The notes under the pieces were generated by a model. The model saw only the letters and a program-made list of their open reading frames with translations. It ran no database searches and was not told where the DNA came from. This document shows positions 33,864 to 45,490 of a stretch of DNA of 64,000 bases, piece after piece. The DNA is from Candidatus Bathyarchaeota archaeon. Lineage in GTDB: Archaea; Thermoproteota; Bathyarchaeia; Bathyarchaeales; Bathycorpusculaceae. The translations under genes were made by a program, and so were the position numbers. Each line of letters begins with the position of its first letter. Positions within the stretch are counted from its first letter, which is position 1. Location: NCBI GenBank assembly GCA_963780185.1, contig CAWABA010000006.1, positions 576,001 to 640,000 of the forward strand. Direction: 5' to 3'.

Positions 33864-33997
33864 ATACCTCGGCGGCATCAGTCAAACGATTTCTCTCACA
33901 GCTCACCCCTCGGTTCGCTAGATTAGCCAAATAGACTGAAGAACCAACAGCAAAAATCTTATACTTCTTCGCTCTAAGGATGAGATGGCGCTTACAC

Positions 33998-35182
33998 ATG
34001 AACACTTTTCATGTAGCGACAGCAGCAGTTTGCATAATTTTTCTCTCCAGCATAGCCTGCATAGGCTCCGAGAACATCAACGGTTGCGTTTTGGGTGTTC
34101 CTTCATCAGCTCTTTCTGTGTCTATTTCGCCCGCGGCAGCTGCTTTTAACCTTGGGCAATCTCAACCGCTAACCGCTACTCCTAGCGGCGGCTCAGGTTC
34201 CTACACAGGTTATCAATGGTACGTAGGTGGGTCTGCTCAGACGGGCCAAACCGCGTCAACCTTCAATTTCTCGCCCGCTTCCGCGAATATGTACTCAATC
34301 AGTGTGACAGTTACTGACAACACAGGCGCAACTTCGGCACAGTCAAATGCTACAATGATTATGGTGGTGGTCGGTCAAACAGTTTCTGTCTCTCCTGGAT
34401 CTGCGTCCTTGGATATGGGTCAGTCTCAACTTTTCACTGCTGTTTTCAACAGTGGTAATAGTGGTTCTCTTCCTTGGATGTATCAATGGTACGTGGATGG
34501 AACTGCCCAGTCGGGTCAAACTGCATCAACCTTTAATTACGCTCCTGCCTCCGCGGGCACTTACTCAATCACTGTGATGATTTTCAACAGTACAGGTTTT
34601 CCTGTAATGCAGTCTGCACCCGCAACGGTCACGGCTTCGGGAACTACGGCTGCAACTCCAACTCTAAACCCGACTCAAAACCCAACGGCAAATCCAACTC
34701 AGCCACCGACAACTGTGCCTGCGACCACAGGCGATGGCTCGACGGTTGACCTTGCAATCAGTGGAAACATAGCTAGCTCCCAGATGTCCAACGTCGCAAT
34801 CATCGCAAACCAATCTGCGTCAACGACAAGGGTGTCTTTCACAGTGACTGGGGCAAGCGGCACTGAAGGTTTAGGCAACATAACAATTCCGAAAAGCTTG
34901 GTGCCGTACGGAACGACGCCGACAATCTACATCGACGACCAGCCAGCCCAAAACCAAGGATTCACTCAAGACAGCGACAACTATTACGTTTGGTACACGA
35001 CGCATTTCAGCACGCACCAGGTTTCCATCGTTTTCACGGGCGGCTCTTCGGGGTCTGAAGGGACAGCAAGTTTGATCGGGGCAGTTTACGGCGCAATAGG
35101 CGCCATCGTCGTGGTGGCAGCAATCATAGCAGCACTTATGCTGATGATAAACCGCAGAAAAGGCACAATCTCAGAAAATTGA
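33998..35182 (+). CDS. Secreted protein with two PKD/Ig-like repeats, PT linker and TM anchor
   Basis: VSxSP..YQWYV..AQxGQTASTFN..YSIxV twice; NITIPKSL..YTTHFSTH domain. Confidence 0.8.
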   Translation: MNTFHVATAAVCIIFLSSIACIGSENINGCVLGVPSSALSVSISPAAAAFNLGQSQPLTATPSGGSGSYTGYQWYVGGSAQTGQTASTFNFSPASANMYSISVTVTDNTGATSAQSNATMIMVVVGQTVSVSPGSASLDMGQSQLFTAVFNSGNSGSLPWMYQWYVDGTAQSGQTASTFNYAPASAGTYSITVMIFNSTGFPVMQSAPATVTASGTTAATPTLNPTQNPTANPTQPPTTVPATTGDGSTVDLAISGNIASSQMSNVAIIANQSASTTRVSFTVTGASGTEGLGNITIPKSLVPYGTTPTIYIDDQPAQNQGFTQDSDNYYVWYTTHFSTHQVSIVFTGGSSGSEGTASLIGAVYGAIGAIVVVAAIIAALMLMINRRKGTISEN

Positions 35183-35189
35183 GCCAACA

Positions 35190-36230
35190 CTAAAGCTTTA
35201 TTGTTTGCCTTAGGGTTTCGGCGGCGGTTTCAGGCGTCACCGTGTTGATGTAGGTTCCCGTTGTGATTTCGAAGCCTGCCCAAATCGAAAGTTTCGGCTG
35301 AACCTCCAGATGCCAATGGTAAAAGTCCTCTGCATTCTTGTCTAATGCCAAGTGGAAACCGTAGTTGTAAGGCGGGTCATTCACCAAATCCTTCAGCGCC
35401 CCAAGACTTGCCTTAAGAGTCTTAGCTAACGCAGCCACCTCGCCGTCGCTGAGGCTGAGTAAATTTGCCGCGTGTTTTTTGGGCACAATCCAGAACTCCA
35501 TCGGGTTAATGCTTGCGTAAGGCGCGAAAACCGCGAAGTCTGCACCGTCCGAGATGAGCCTTGGACCCTTCGTTTCCCGCTCGATTATGTCGCAGAAAAC
35601 GCATTTCCCGTGTTCAGCGTAGAATTTTTTGCTGGCATCCAGCTCCTCCTGAATCAGGGGCGGAACCATCGGCGTGGCAATCACTTGGCTGTGCGCGTGA
35701 GACATGGATGCGCCTGCCAGCTGCCCATAATTGCGGAAAATAGACACATACTTCACATAAGGCTTTGCGCTCAAATCCCTGAGCCTGTCGATGTAGGCGT
35801 GGATAAGCAACTCCAGCTGGGGCAACTCTGCATCTGCGGGTCCTTCATCATGGTTTGGAGACTCAACGATAACTTCATGGTGCCCTATCGCGTTGCCTAA
35901 GGATTCGCTCGAAAAGATTTGCTCCGTGTCCTGCGGCTGCTTGGGCGGGCTAAAAGCTGGGTACAGATTTGGGATGCAGCGGACAAGCCAATTCTTTGGG
36001 CGCTCACCAACCAAGGGGTCTTGAGCTATGTGCACTTCGTCGCCGTCTTTGAGATACAGCATCACCGCTGGAGGCGTCATGGACTCGTTACCCACACACA
36101 TCGGGCAAACCGCCACCTTCGCATGCTCAGTTTTCTGCTTCGCAAAATCAGTCGGACGCCGACCCCGCTCAGTCGCAATAACAACCCAACGGTCCAGCAA
36201 ATAATCTTTCCTAAGCTCATTATACGGCAT
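35190..36230 (-). CDS. galT: Galactose-1-phosphate uridylyltransferase family (GalT/HIT)
   Basis: ELRKD..WVVIATERGRRP, CPMC, NLYPA, HEVIVE, GASMSHAHSQ, YHWHLE. Confidence 0.85.
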   Translation of the reverse strand: MPYNELRKDYLLDRWVVIATERGRRPTDFAKQKTEHAKVAVCPMCVGNESMTPPAVMLYLKDGDEVHIAQDPLVGERPKNWLVRCIPNLYPAFSPPKQPQDTEQIFSSESLGNAIGHHEVIVESPNHDEGPADAELPQLELLIHAYIDRLRDLSAKPYVKYVSIFRNYGQLAGASMSHAHSQVIATPMVPPLIQEELDASKKFYAEHGKCVFCDIIERETKGPRLISDGADFAVFAPYASINPMEFWIVPKKHAANLLSLSDGEVAALAKTLKASLGALKDLVNDPPYNYGFHLALDKNAEDFYHWHLEVQPKLSIWAGFEITTGTYINTVTPETAAETLRQTIKL

Positions 36231-36325
36231 GATAGGCACCCTCAAAAACAAGGGCGCTGAAACATTTTAGCATTTCCCAAAGACAGACGCATGAGCCATA
36301 GGTTTTCCGCAGCTGCTTAAAGAAA

Positions 36326-36517
36326 TTAAACTTGATTTTCAGTTTTTCTTTTTGTTATATCTAAAAACATGAGTTTTTGTTCTTCTCGCTCTTGTTTGGG
36401 CGCCAAAATAAAACCATAATTCACATAAAATTTAACCGCCGAGTCAACGGCATCCACAACCAAAAAACCAACAGTCTTTGGCTTTAGCGGTGGCTGAGAA
36501 GGAATGAAACAGTTCAA
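36326..36517 (-). pseudogene. Internally deleted GNAT acetyltransferase
   Basis: FLVVDAVDSAVKFYVNYGF..MFLDI is the GNAT C-terminal motif; acetyl-CoA motif A absent. Confidence 0.55.
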
Positions 36518-36655
36518 TTAAAGAGGACAGTTCTTAAAAGTTTCCGTTGCCCTAAGGTACCGCGCCTCATCTGCTTCAGTTGGCTTGCGCTTGATTTCCT
36601 TCTCAACCGCTGCCCACTGCTCAGAATCAAGGGTTGGTATAGGTTTGGGCAACAT
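36518..36655 (-). CDS. Small 45-aa antitoxin-like protein (not in ORF track)
   Basis: MLPKPIPTLDSEQWAAVEKEIKRKPTEADEARYLRATETFKNCPL*, stop abuts the GNAT start. Confidence 0.5.
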   Translation of the reverse strand: MLPKPIPTLDSEQWAAVEKEIKRKPTEADEARYLRATETFKNCPL

Positions 36656-37114
36656 TTTTTATTCGCCTTCTTTTCTGGAAACTATCGATTTACCACTACT
36701 AATTACTAGGACGGTTGGTTGATAAATTTATGTGAACTTGCTGAAGTTTCCATGCTTTGACTTAACCAACCGATAATAAATGCATCAATTTCTACAGTTT
36801 TTTCGATGCAAAAATGACTTTCAAATGCCTACCATTATAAAATTCTCTTTTCTGACAAGACTTCAGCATCTAAACCGTGAACTCTAAGGTAAAGCATATC
36901 CTGAAGACTCAACTTTGTGATTTTTTCATCTTTAACTTGTGAGGCGAAAAATAACTTTAAATGGAGAAAGTACATCCGCATTTTCATTTTAAGCTGTTCT
37001 GAATGTGGTATAATCGTGGTTGAAAGTATAAACAAAAAGGAGAGATTTAGGAACCATAACAGAGAAAGAGGAAATGTGATTGCTATTTTACTTCGCATCT
37101 AAGTTTGTTTCGAT

Positions 37115-37879
37115 TTAAGAACTCCACTGCAGTATATCTGAATCACACGTAAATGATACTTGGGCGGTTCCTGTCACTTGAAAATACCATAGAGTCAACG
37201 TATGAGTGCCTTGGCTGAGATTTATGGTCGTGGTTTGTGTTCGATAGGAATGCGAAGTAAAATCATTTATTAAAACAGAACCGTCGAGATATAATTCATC
37301 TCCGTCGTCTGCACCGATAGTGAAGGTTACGGGTCCGTTTCTCTGCATCTTGACCGTCATAGTTGCTTCAAAGCCAATGTAGGTTGCGTACGACTGAAAT
37401 ACATTTCCAGTTACCCAATTATAATTAAACGTTGAACATAATTGGGAAGTTCCAACTGTACCCCCCCATTGCAAAGAACCAGTTAATGTCATCCATGTAG
37501 CGGTCCATTGAGCAAAAGTAATAGGTGTCCCGGCGGCACAGTGTCACCCTTTTGGCCCTGTTGTCCAGTAGCGCCTGTAGCTCCTTGTGGTCCTTGTGGA
37601 CCGGTAGCACCAGTTGCTCCTTGAGGACCAGCCGCGCCTGTCGCACCAGTATCTCCCTTTGGTCCTTGGGAACCAGTCGCGCCAGTTGCTCCTTGAGGAC
37701 CTGTTGCTCCGGTGAGCTCCAGTCGCCCCAGTTGCACCAGTGTCACCTTTGTCGCCTTTTTGCCCTTTAAGCATATTTAATTGGGAAACCGCCCCAGCTG
37801 AAAGTAAGCTTGCAACCAATATTGCAACAATCAATCCAACAACAAATATACTCTTTGATATTCCGTTAAATGAAGCCAT
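37115..37879 (-). CDS. Membrane-anchored collagen-like (GXY) protein with C-terminal PA14-like domain; indels near 37714 and 37540
   Basis: N-terminal TM, GATGPQ/GDTGAT repeats, [26 protein letters not shown]. Confidence 0.8.
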
Positions 37880-38266
37880 CAGTATACCCTCGTTCCTATT
37901 GTTGCGTTTTTATTATAAGACTTGTGCTTTACAATGTGTTTGAAGCTTCTTTTTTGATAAATTTGGTGAATATATGAACAATGGCGAAACCAATGTTAAA
38001 AAGATTGCATAAGGCGAAGCAAAAAATTCACAAAAAGCAAACGAAAATAGAAAAAATCGAAGGCTTATTTTTCTTTCGATTCTTGTAAGTTATAATTGCA
38101 GAGTCGATAACAAAATTTCAATCAAAATTGAGGTTTTTTACCCTAAGCCCAATCTTTGGCTTTCACTAGCGTCTTTCAGGGCTTAAAGAGAACTTGTGAG
38201 GGTAAAGGCATATATCTTTAGGCTTAACTTGTTAGTTTTCAACTTTAACCCGTTACGGGCGAAATA

Positions 38267-39170
38267 ATGGATTTAACTCAAGAAATCCTCAAGCTTAAAA
38301 AGGAAAAAAAAGCAGTCATTTTAGCTCATAATTACCAGAGGCCAGAAATCCAGGATATGGCTGACTATATCGGCGACAGTATCGAGCTGAGCCGCAAAGC
38401 GGTTGAAGAAAAAGACGCTAAAATGATTGTTTTTTCAGCGGTGGATTTCATGGCTGAATCCGCCGCGATTCTGAATCCTGGAAAAAAGGTTCTTTTGCCC
38501 TGCTTGGGCGCGCGTTGCCCCATGGCGCAGATGCTTACCGTTGACGAGATAAAACGCGCCAAAGAACTGTACCCAAAGGCTCCAGTGGTTTTGTACGTTA
38601 ACACTTTGGCGGTTTGCAAAGCAGAGTGCGATGTGTGCTGCACAAGCGCCAACGCCGTGGAAGTTATAAAAAGCCTCGATGCAGAAACCGTCCTGTTTGG
38701 TCCAGACAAAAACCTCGCCGAGTACGTCTCCGAAAAAACAGGAAAAACCCTGATTCCGATTCCAGCAAACGGCTTCTGCCCAACTCATTTGCTTTTCCAG
38801 CCTGAAGACGTCAAAGTCCTCAAAACGGAACATCCAGACGCTCTGTCATGGTTCACCCCGAATGCAGCTCGGAGATGCGAAAAGTCGCAGATTTCGTCGG
38901 CAGCACCTCGAAAATGTGCCGTTCGCCAAAGAATCAAACGCCAAAGACTTTATTGTCGGCACAGAAGAAGGCATCCTGCATCGCCTCCGAAACGAAAACC
39001 CAAACAAAAACTTCTACCTGGCCTACGAAGGCGCAATCTGCCCCAACATGAAGCTGACAACGCTGGAACAACTCTACGCCTCACTGAAAGAGGAAAAGAA
39101 CGTTGTCAAGGTGCCGGAAGCAGTCGCGAAGAAAGCCCGTGGCTCATTGGAACAAATGTTCCAAGTTTGA
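38267..39170 (+). CDS. nadA: Quinolinate synthase; indels near 38845 and 38921
   Basis: LAHNYQ, GDS, FMAE, CPMA, YVNT, CTSANA, PDKNL, VHPEC, GST, CPNMK. Confidence 0.93.
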
Positions 39171-39293
39171 TAGCGCTTCCCTATACATTTTCTTCAATGA
39201 TAGTCATTATTTATTTTCTTTTGCGCTGAAATTCTAACTTTATTGAATCATTATCAGCAGAAATAGCAATTCTTAAATAGCAAAGCGGATTCA

Positions 39294-39947
39294 ATGGATT
39301 TTGTCAAGATGGTAAGCTTGAAGAACAAAATTTCCACCTTAATCTTGATATCTTTTGCAGTTGTCTCGCTACTTGCAGTTTCCCTGTTGCATTTTGGCGG
39401 GGCACAAAACTCAAACACTAACACGTTCATCTACGCCTCAACCGGTGTAGGAGGCTCTATTACTCCAAGCGGAAACATCAGCGTTGCCTTTGGCGGTAGT
39501 CAGACTTTTACGATTACAAGCTCAAGCTACCAACTGCTGAGTGTTTTGGTGAATGGGACGTCAATGGGAGCCCAAAACACATTGACGATCCAAGACGTCA
39601 CTGGACAAACCACAGTCTATGCCACTTTTCTTGTACCGCCAAGCGCAGCGCCGACCCCATCCACTGGCGGAGCGAGCGATTACGGGTTCATCCAACACCC
39701 AACTAGCTCGCCGACGTCGAGCCCAGCGCTAGCCGAAGCGGTACCAACCCTGACCAGTTCGCCGATGCCTTCAGCGGCTACAGCATCACCATCACCGCAA
39801 CCCTCGTCTCCAGCACCGACACCATCTATCCCTGAGTTCTCTGCACTGTTGCTGCTGACTATTACCGTGATTGCAGTAATCACTGCGATCGGGAGCCTAA
39901 TACGAAAGCGTGGGAAATACACAAGTTCCATAAGAACTGCGGCCTGA
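39294..39947 (+). CDS. Secreted protein with a repeat-type Ig domain, PT linker and PEF-CTERM-like anchor
   Basis: GGSITPSG..GGSQTFTI; IPEF-TM-RKR. Confidence 0.78.
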   Translation: MDFVKMVSLKNKISTLILISFAVVSLLAVSLLHFGGAQNSNTNTFIYASTGVGGSITPSGNISVAFGGSQTFTITSSSYQLLSVLVNGTSMGAQNTLTIQDVTGQTTVYATFLVPPSAAPTPSTGGASDYGFIQHPTSSPTSSPALAEAVPTLTSSPMPSAATASPSPQPSSPAPTPSIPEFSALLLLTITVIAVITAIGSLIRKRGKYTSSIRTAA

Positions 39948-39963
39948 TAGTTGTTTTCAAACC

Positions 39964-40372
39964 CTAAATTGTCACGATTGTTGTTTTGAGTATTTTTACT
40001 CCCCTGCGTGTTGTGAGTTCGTCGCTTAGGTGGCGGATTTCTGAGGCTTTCCCCTTTACCGCAATGGCTTCGAGGCAGTCGCGTTCGCTGATGTGGACGT
40101 GTAGGGTGCTGGTGATTATTTTTGAGTGTTCATGCTGGGTCTCCGTTAGGTCGCTTTCTAACCCTTTTGCGTCGTGGTCGTACACCATCAAAATTATGCC
40201 TGTTTGAGGGGTGGCTTCTTCTTTGATCCATTTGCGTTCAGAAACATACAGTCTAACAACGTCTTGGAGGGCTTTGCTGCGGCTCTGGTAACCCATGTGG
40301 GTCTATTATTTCGTCGAATTCTTTGAGGAGCTCCGGGGGAAAAGTTGCTCCTATACGTGTGACTTTGGACAT
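39964..40372 (-). CDS. nikR: Nickel-responsive regulator, frameshift near 40300
   Basis: Manual N-terminus MSKVTRIGATFPPELLKEFDEII joins GYQSRSKA; YDH, QHEH, LHVH, CLE. Confidence 0.9.
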
Positions 40373-41422
40373 ATCGGTTCGCTATTGACTGTTAGCGGTT
40401 TACACCTAAAAGCTTTTTCAGCTTCTCATTGTTTCGTTTTGCGTTTAACCAAGAATCATACCACGCGGATTAGATTTGCAATCCGTTGTAAAGACCAGAA
40501 GTAACGCACACAGCATTAAGTCCAGAACTGCCAACAAAGAAACAGTTTAGCGTGGTGATGATCTCAGCGTCTTGTTATTAGGTAGCTTGATGCATCCGGG
40601 GGCTGATCTTTGTTTATCCAAGATAGCTTTGCAAGCGCAACCTTTGAAAGTGGAATATTTCGGTGATCGCGCTGAGAATCAGTACTTCACGGCTTCAGTT
40701 TTGGCATGCAAATAAACCAGAGTTCGACACAATTTCGAACTCAGACGGCGGTTGGATCAGCGGCTAATTCATACATACCAGGTGAACTTTTCCGAAGACC
40801 AAACAGCGCTCGACTACTTGAACATCCGGACATACCATAGCGGCAAATCCAGCTACAATTTGCTTCGCGGATATAATGAGCGGGTTAAACGCGGTTTTTG
40901 TAACGTTCGAACACCGCGGCTAACGGTAGTTTGGCGTGGGCGTTTGTATACCCCTCTGAGCAAGGTCCTCAAATGAAGGTTGTATCGTCAACTGTTGAAG
41001 TGGACGTTTAGTACAAATTTGACGTCGCTTCCGGCGTTAATGGCGCGACCGAGACATTTCAGTTTTCAGCCTGAATGATTTACCCAATTCGCAGTCTACG
41101 TCAAGCGGCGCATTAGTTGGAGCCCGACGGTTTTCGATCTCAGAACATATGCAGCAACGGCCACAGAGGCGAAACGTTTAATCGGAGGAAATATCAAACA
41201 GTGGAATGCAGTCGGCGATAACCGCACAAGCGCCACGGCAATTCCCATCGCAACTATCGGTTCTTATCTTGTTAATTGCTAGCGTCTACATCAGCCGCCT
41301 TGACTGTGGCTCTGAGAAAGCGAGAAAATGGTCTCAAGCTTAGCTGGTTGCTGATTGTTAAGAATGCGTCCGCTTTTTCGTGAGTTTTGTTCGTTAGCGA
41401 CGGTAAAGCCTTTATATTTCAA

Positions 41423-41450
41423 GTAACACGTTTTCGATTGAAAGTGTTAC
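41423..41450. promoter_or_regulatory. Candidate NikR operator GTAACA-N16-TGTTAC
   Basis: Perfect IR between TTTATAT (41411) and the SD of the Ni permease; same geometry as E. coli GTATGA-N16-TCATAC. Confidence 0.75.
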
Positions 41451-41463
41451 GGAGGCTGAAGAT

Positions 41464-42540
41464 TTGACTCAAAACCCATCCCCACAAAACCTCACAGGCA
41501 ACGAAAAAGCAAAGATAGCCATAATCTTCGGCGTCCTAATCGGCATCACCATCTTCGGGTTTTCAGCAGCCTTCATCATCGGAAAAATCGCCGTTGTCCT
41601 CGCGGGGCTAGGCATCGTCGCCTACGTTTTCGGTTTGCGCCACGGCGTAGACGCTGACCACATAGCAGCCATCGACAACACAACACGCAAGCTCATGCAG
41701 GAAGGCAAACGCCCCTTCACCGTCGGCATGTGGTTCTCGCTGGGACACTCCACCGTCGTCGTCGCACTCATCGTCGGCTTAGTCGTGGCGACACGGGCAG
41801 TGGCAGGCAGCATCTCGGCGCTTCAAAGTACGGGCGCGGTGGTCGGCACGTTGGTTTCGGGGAGTTTTCTGTGGATCATCGGCTTCATCAACGCCGTCAT
41901 CGTAATCGGCATCTACAAGATTTTCCAAACCCTAAAGCAGGGCAGACTTAACCAGCAGGAACTGGATAATCTGCTGGAGAACCGTGGGTTCATGAACCGT
42001 TTTTTCCGTCCCCTCTTCAAAGTCATAAGCAAACCGTGGCAGATTTTCCCTGTCGGCGTGCTCTTCGGTTTGGGCTTTGACACGGCAAGCGAAGTGGCGC
42101 TCATAGCTATCAGCGTGGGGATCGGGGTTTCCACAAGCATACCTCTCTACTACATCCTGATTCTGCCATTGCTCTTTACCTGCGGCATGGTAACCGTTGA
42201 CTCCGCAGACGGCGTCGCAATGCGCCTCGCCTACGGCTGGGCATTCCTCAATCCCATACGCAAAATATACTACAACCTCACCGTCACCGTCATATCCGTC
42301 TTGGTTGCGTGGGCAATCGGCTCGGTGGAGCTGTTGCAGGTGCTTTCAAGCGAGTTCAATCTCAGCGGCGGCTTCTGGAGTTGGCTCAACGCCTTGAACT
42401 TTGAAATGATCGGGTTCGGCATCATCGGTATCTTCGTTTTCAGCTGGCTGCTCTCGTTCGGTTACTGGCGGTACAAAAAATACGACAAACTCGCCGCGTT
42501 TCCGCAAATGCAGGAATCGCCCAAAATGAAGTCTATCTAA
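41464..42540 (+). CDS. NiCoT (HoxN/HupN/NixA) nickel/cobalt permease
   Basis: GLRHGVDADHIAAIDN, FSLGHSTVV, LFGLGFDTASE. Confidence 0.95.
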   Translation: MTQNPSPQNLTGNEKAKIAIIFGVLIGITIFGFSAAFIIGKIAVVLAGLGIVAYVFGLRHGVDADHIAAIDNTTRKLMQEGKRPFTVGMWFSLGHSTVVVALIVGLVVATRAVAGSISALQSTGAVVGTLVSGSFLWIIGFINAVIVIGIYKIFQTLKQGRLNQQELDNLLENRGFMNRFFRPLFKVISKPWQIFPVGVLFGLGFDTASEVALIAISVGIGVSTSIPLYYILILPLLFTCGMVTVDSADGVAMRLAYGWAFLNPIRKIYYNLTVTVISVLVAWAIGSVELLQVLSSEFNLSGGFWSWLNALNFEMIGFGIIGIFVFSWLLSFGYWRYKKYDKLAAFPQMQESPKMKSI

Positions 42541-42671
42541 AACAAAAAGCTTACTTGAAAAAACATGGGCAAAGCAAGCAGGTTAATCTGCGTTTTCTGG
42601 GCTTTTGTGTGGATAAACGTAAAATTGATTAATGGGAAGTGCTTTTGTCATAGCGTTAAGGTGAAATTTGA

Positions 42672-43100
42672 ATGGCAAGCAAGGTTCTCGTAAGAGACAT
42701 AATGAACAAAGATGTTAAAACCGTCAATAACAACACCACAGTCCAAGAAGTTATCGCGATAATGAACAAGTTCGACAAAGACGCAATCTTAGTCATCCAG
42801 AGCGGTAAACCAACAGGCATCATCACCGTTAAAGATGTCCTTATCCGAGCAGTTGAAAACGCCGCGTTCGCACCGTTGACAACCATCATCGCAAGAATGA
42901 TCTACACAAACCCGCTAGTCACAATAGAAGAAAACGCAACCGCTGAAGAAGCAGCCAACCTGATGAAAGAATGGAAAATCAAGCATCTACCGATCGTTGA
43001 CAAAGCCGGCGCACTCGCAGGCATGGTAAACGACAGGGACGTAATTTATTCGGTTCCCACGTTGATGTCTACGATGGAAGAGTTCTGTCGAACAAAATAA
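42672..43100 (+). CDS. CBS-domain pair protein
   Basis: VRDIMNKDV, GIITVKDV, IKHLPIV. Confidence 0.9.
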   Translation: MASKVLVRDIMNKDVKTVNNNTTVQEVIAIMNKFDKDAILVIQSGKPTGIITVKDVLIRAVENAAFAPLTTIIARMIYTNPLVTIEENATAEEAANLMKEWKIKHLPIVDKAGALAGMVNDRDVIYSVPTLMSTMEEFCRTK

Positions 43101-43197
43101 GGCGCATACGGCAACCTTTTTTTATCCTTTTTAAAATTTTTAAAGAAAACAAAAATTAATCAAAGTGAGATTTTCAAAAAATTGTTGAAAAAGAGAG

Positions 43198-43494
43198 CTA
43201 TGCTTTTTGCTCTTTAGCCCATTCTTCTTTGACGAGTTTTGTTATGTTGTCAATGTTTGGCTGTGCGGTGAGGTCAAAGATTACGTTGTTTAGTTCGTTC
43301 TTTATTAGCAGGGCGATTTCGCCGGGTCGCAGAGGCTCTGGACGCGTCGATTGATAAACCCGCAGGGCACGCATGGCGAACTTTATCATAACGCATTGCA
43401 GTTCGTCCTGCAAATCCTGCAGTTCATTCTTGCTGTTTTTCATCAGTTTGTCGAAACCTTTCGAATCCCATTTTCCTTCATCTGCCATTTCCAA
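43198..43494 (-). CDS. Hypothetical protein
   Basis: 98 aa helical ORF downstream of pyrG. Confidence 0.65.
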   Translation of the reverse strand: MEMADEGKWDSKGFDKLMKNSKNELQDLQDELQCVMIKFAMRALRVYQSTRPEPLRPGEIALLIKNELNNVIFDLTAQPNIDNITKLVKEEWAKEQKA

Positions 43495-43558
43495 TCAAAT
43501 CCTAACGTTTCATGTAAACGGGGCATTATAGCCTTTTCTAAAAAAAGGGGTTACCTGC

Positions 43559-45187
43559 TTAGGAAATTGGGGTTTTTGGTTTTCCAAGTTTCTTGTTGAC
43601 GCATGCTTGGATGAATCCTGCGTATTCAGGTTCGGGTCTTCCGGGTCGGCTTTTGAATTCTCCGTGGAACTGCGATGCGAAGAAGAAGTATTTGTCGGGT
43701 AATTCTAGGGTTTCCATTCGTCGTCCGTCGCTGCTTTTGCCTGTGAAGCATAATCCGTTGTTTTTCTGGGTTTCTTGGTAGTCAAGGTTGACTTCGAAGC
43801 GGTGTCGGTGGCGCTCGTAGATTTCTTCCTGTTGGTACATGCTGTAGGCTAAGGTGCCTTTTTGGAGGACAACTTTGTGGGCGCCTAAACGCATGGTTGC
43901 ACCCTTAATTTCTATGCCGCGTTGCTCAGGCATCAGGTCGATGACTGGGAATGGGGTTTCTGGGTTGATTTCCGTGCTGTTCGCATCTTTGAGTCCGCAG
44001 ACGTTTCTTGAAAATTCGATGACGGCAAGTTGGAAGCCGTAGCAGATGCCGAGGAACGGGATGTCGTTTTCGCGGGCGAATTGGACAGCTAAAATCTTGC
44101 CTTCCGTACCTCGGGGTCCGAAGCCGTAGGGAACGAAGATGCCGTCGAAGTTGGCGAGGTCTGCGACGCATTGGGGATCATGCTCAAGTTTTTCTGCTTC
44201 AAGGTAGCTGATGCAGACTTTGGTTTTGCATGCGCCGCCGCCGTGCCTAAGCGCCTCGGTCATGCTTACGTAACTGTCAGTTAAACCAGCGTATTTGCCG
44301 ACCAACGCAATTTTGACTTCGTGTTCGGGGTGTATGAGGCCGTCGACGAATTGTTGCCATGTGCTGAAGTCTTTGCCTTCGCATTTGATGGCTAACCGTT
44401 GGCAGATAAAGTCGCCCATGCCTTGCCCATCCAAGATAAGCGGTACCTGATAGACGGATTCCGCGTTGTAGCTGCAGAATACTGCGCTTTCAGGGATCGT
44501 TCCGAATAACGCTATTTTTCTGAGGGCTTCAGCGTCAATCATTTTGGGGCTTCTAGCCACTATCGTATCTGGTTGGATACCGATGCCTCTTAACTCGTTA
44601 ATGCTGTGCTGTAAGGGTTTAGTTTTCATTTCTCCGGTGACATCTAAAATTGGAACCAAAGCCAAATGAACGTAAAGCGTGTTCTCATAGCCTTCCTCCA
44701 TACGCATCTGGCGGATGGCTTCAAGGAAGGGTAAGCCTTCGATGTCGCCGACTGTGCCGCCTACTTCGGTGAGAACGATGTCGGCGCAGGCTGATTTGCC
44801 GACGTTTCGGATGCGGCTTTTGATTTCGTTAGTTACATGCGGCACAATTTGGACGCATCGCCCAAGGAAGTCGCCTCGCCGCTCTTTCTCAATGACGGAT
44901 TTGTAAACCATACCTGTGGTTAAGTTGTTTTCTTGTTTGAGGCTTAAATCCAAGAAACGTTCGTACCAGCCGAGGTCAAGGTCAGCTTCCCCGCCGTCGT
45001 CAGTAACATAGACTTCGCCGTGCATGTACGGGTTCATCGTTCCCGCGTCAACGTTTACGTAAGGGTCGATTTTAACCACTGTACACTTTAAGCCTCTTGC
45101 CTGCAGCATCTTTCCAATGGAAGAAGTCAATATTCCTTTGCCGACGGAACTTAACACGCCTCCCGTGATGAAAATGTACTTAACCAT
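43559..45187 (-). CDS. pyrG: CTP synthase
   Basis: [53 protein letters not shown]. Confidence 0.97.
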   Translation of the reverse strand: MVKYIFITGGVLSSVGKGILTSSIGKMLQARGLKCTVVKIDPYVNVDAGTMNPYMHGEVYVTDDGGEADLDLGWYERFLDLSLKQENNLTTGMVYKSVIEKERRGDFLGRCVQIVPHVTNEIKSRIRNVGKSACADIVLTEVGGTVGDIEGLPFLEAIRQMRMEEGYENTLYVHLALVPILDVTGEMKTKPLQHSINELRGIGIQPDTIVARSPKMIDAEALRKIALFGTIPESAVFCSYNAESVYQVPLILDGQGMGDFICQRLAIKCEGKDFSTWQQFVDGLIHPEHEVKIALVGKYAGLTDSYVSMTEALRHGGGACKTKVCISYLEAEKLEHDPQCVADLANFDGIFVPYGFGPRGTEGKILAVQFARENDIPFLGICYGFQLAVIEFSRNVCGLKDANSTEINPETPFPVIDLMPEQRGIEIKGATMRLGAHKVVLQKGTLAYSMYQQEEIYERHRHRFEVNLDYQETQKNNGLCFTGKSSDGRRMETLELPDKYFFFASQFHGEFKSRPGRPEPEYAGFIQACVNKKLGKPKTPIS

Positions 45188-45490
45188 GATTTTCCCCGCA
45201 ATAACCACACCTTTCATGCAATCTTAATATAACTCTTTTGTGTGCACAGCTGCAAAAACGTGCAACCAACCATGGTTAAAAATAACAAAACAAACAGGAA
45301 AACAGGAGGCAGACGTGCATTTGCGGTTGAATTCCAGCGGCGTCGTTTCCTAGATTTTTCCTTTTCAAACGCTTCACGTGAAGTAAAAAACCAATGAATT
45401 TCTCGGTTTCGTCCATCTTGAGCGAAAGGGTTTGCCTTTACTTCAGAAAAATTTTAATTGGCACTGTGCTAGATATGAGTGGAGACTGAA

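Noticed and set aside
36835-37102. Opposing short ORFs in an AT-rich stretch
   Set aside because: No motifs; cannot decide the coding strand.
37540-37770. Short periodic DNA repeats as a CRISPR array
   Set aside because: 9/18-nt periodicity is collagen coding; there are no unique spacers. The Nop5 tail repeats are likewise coding.
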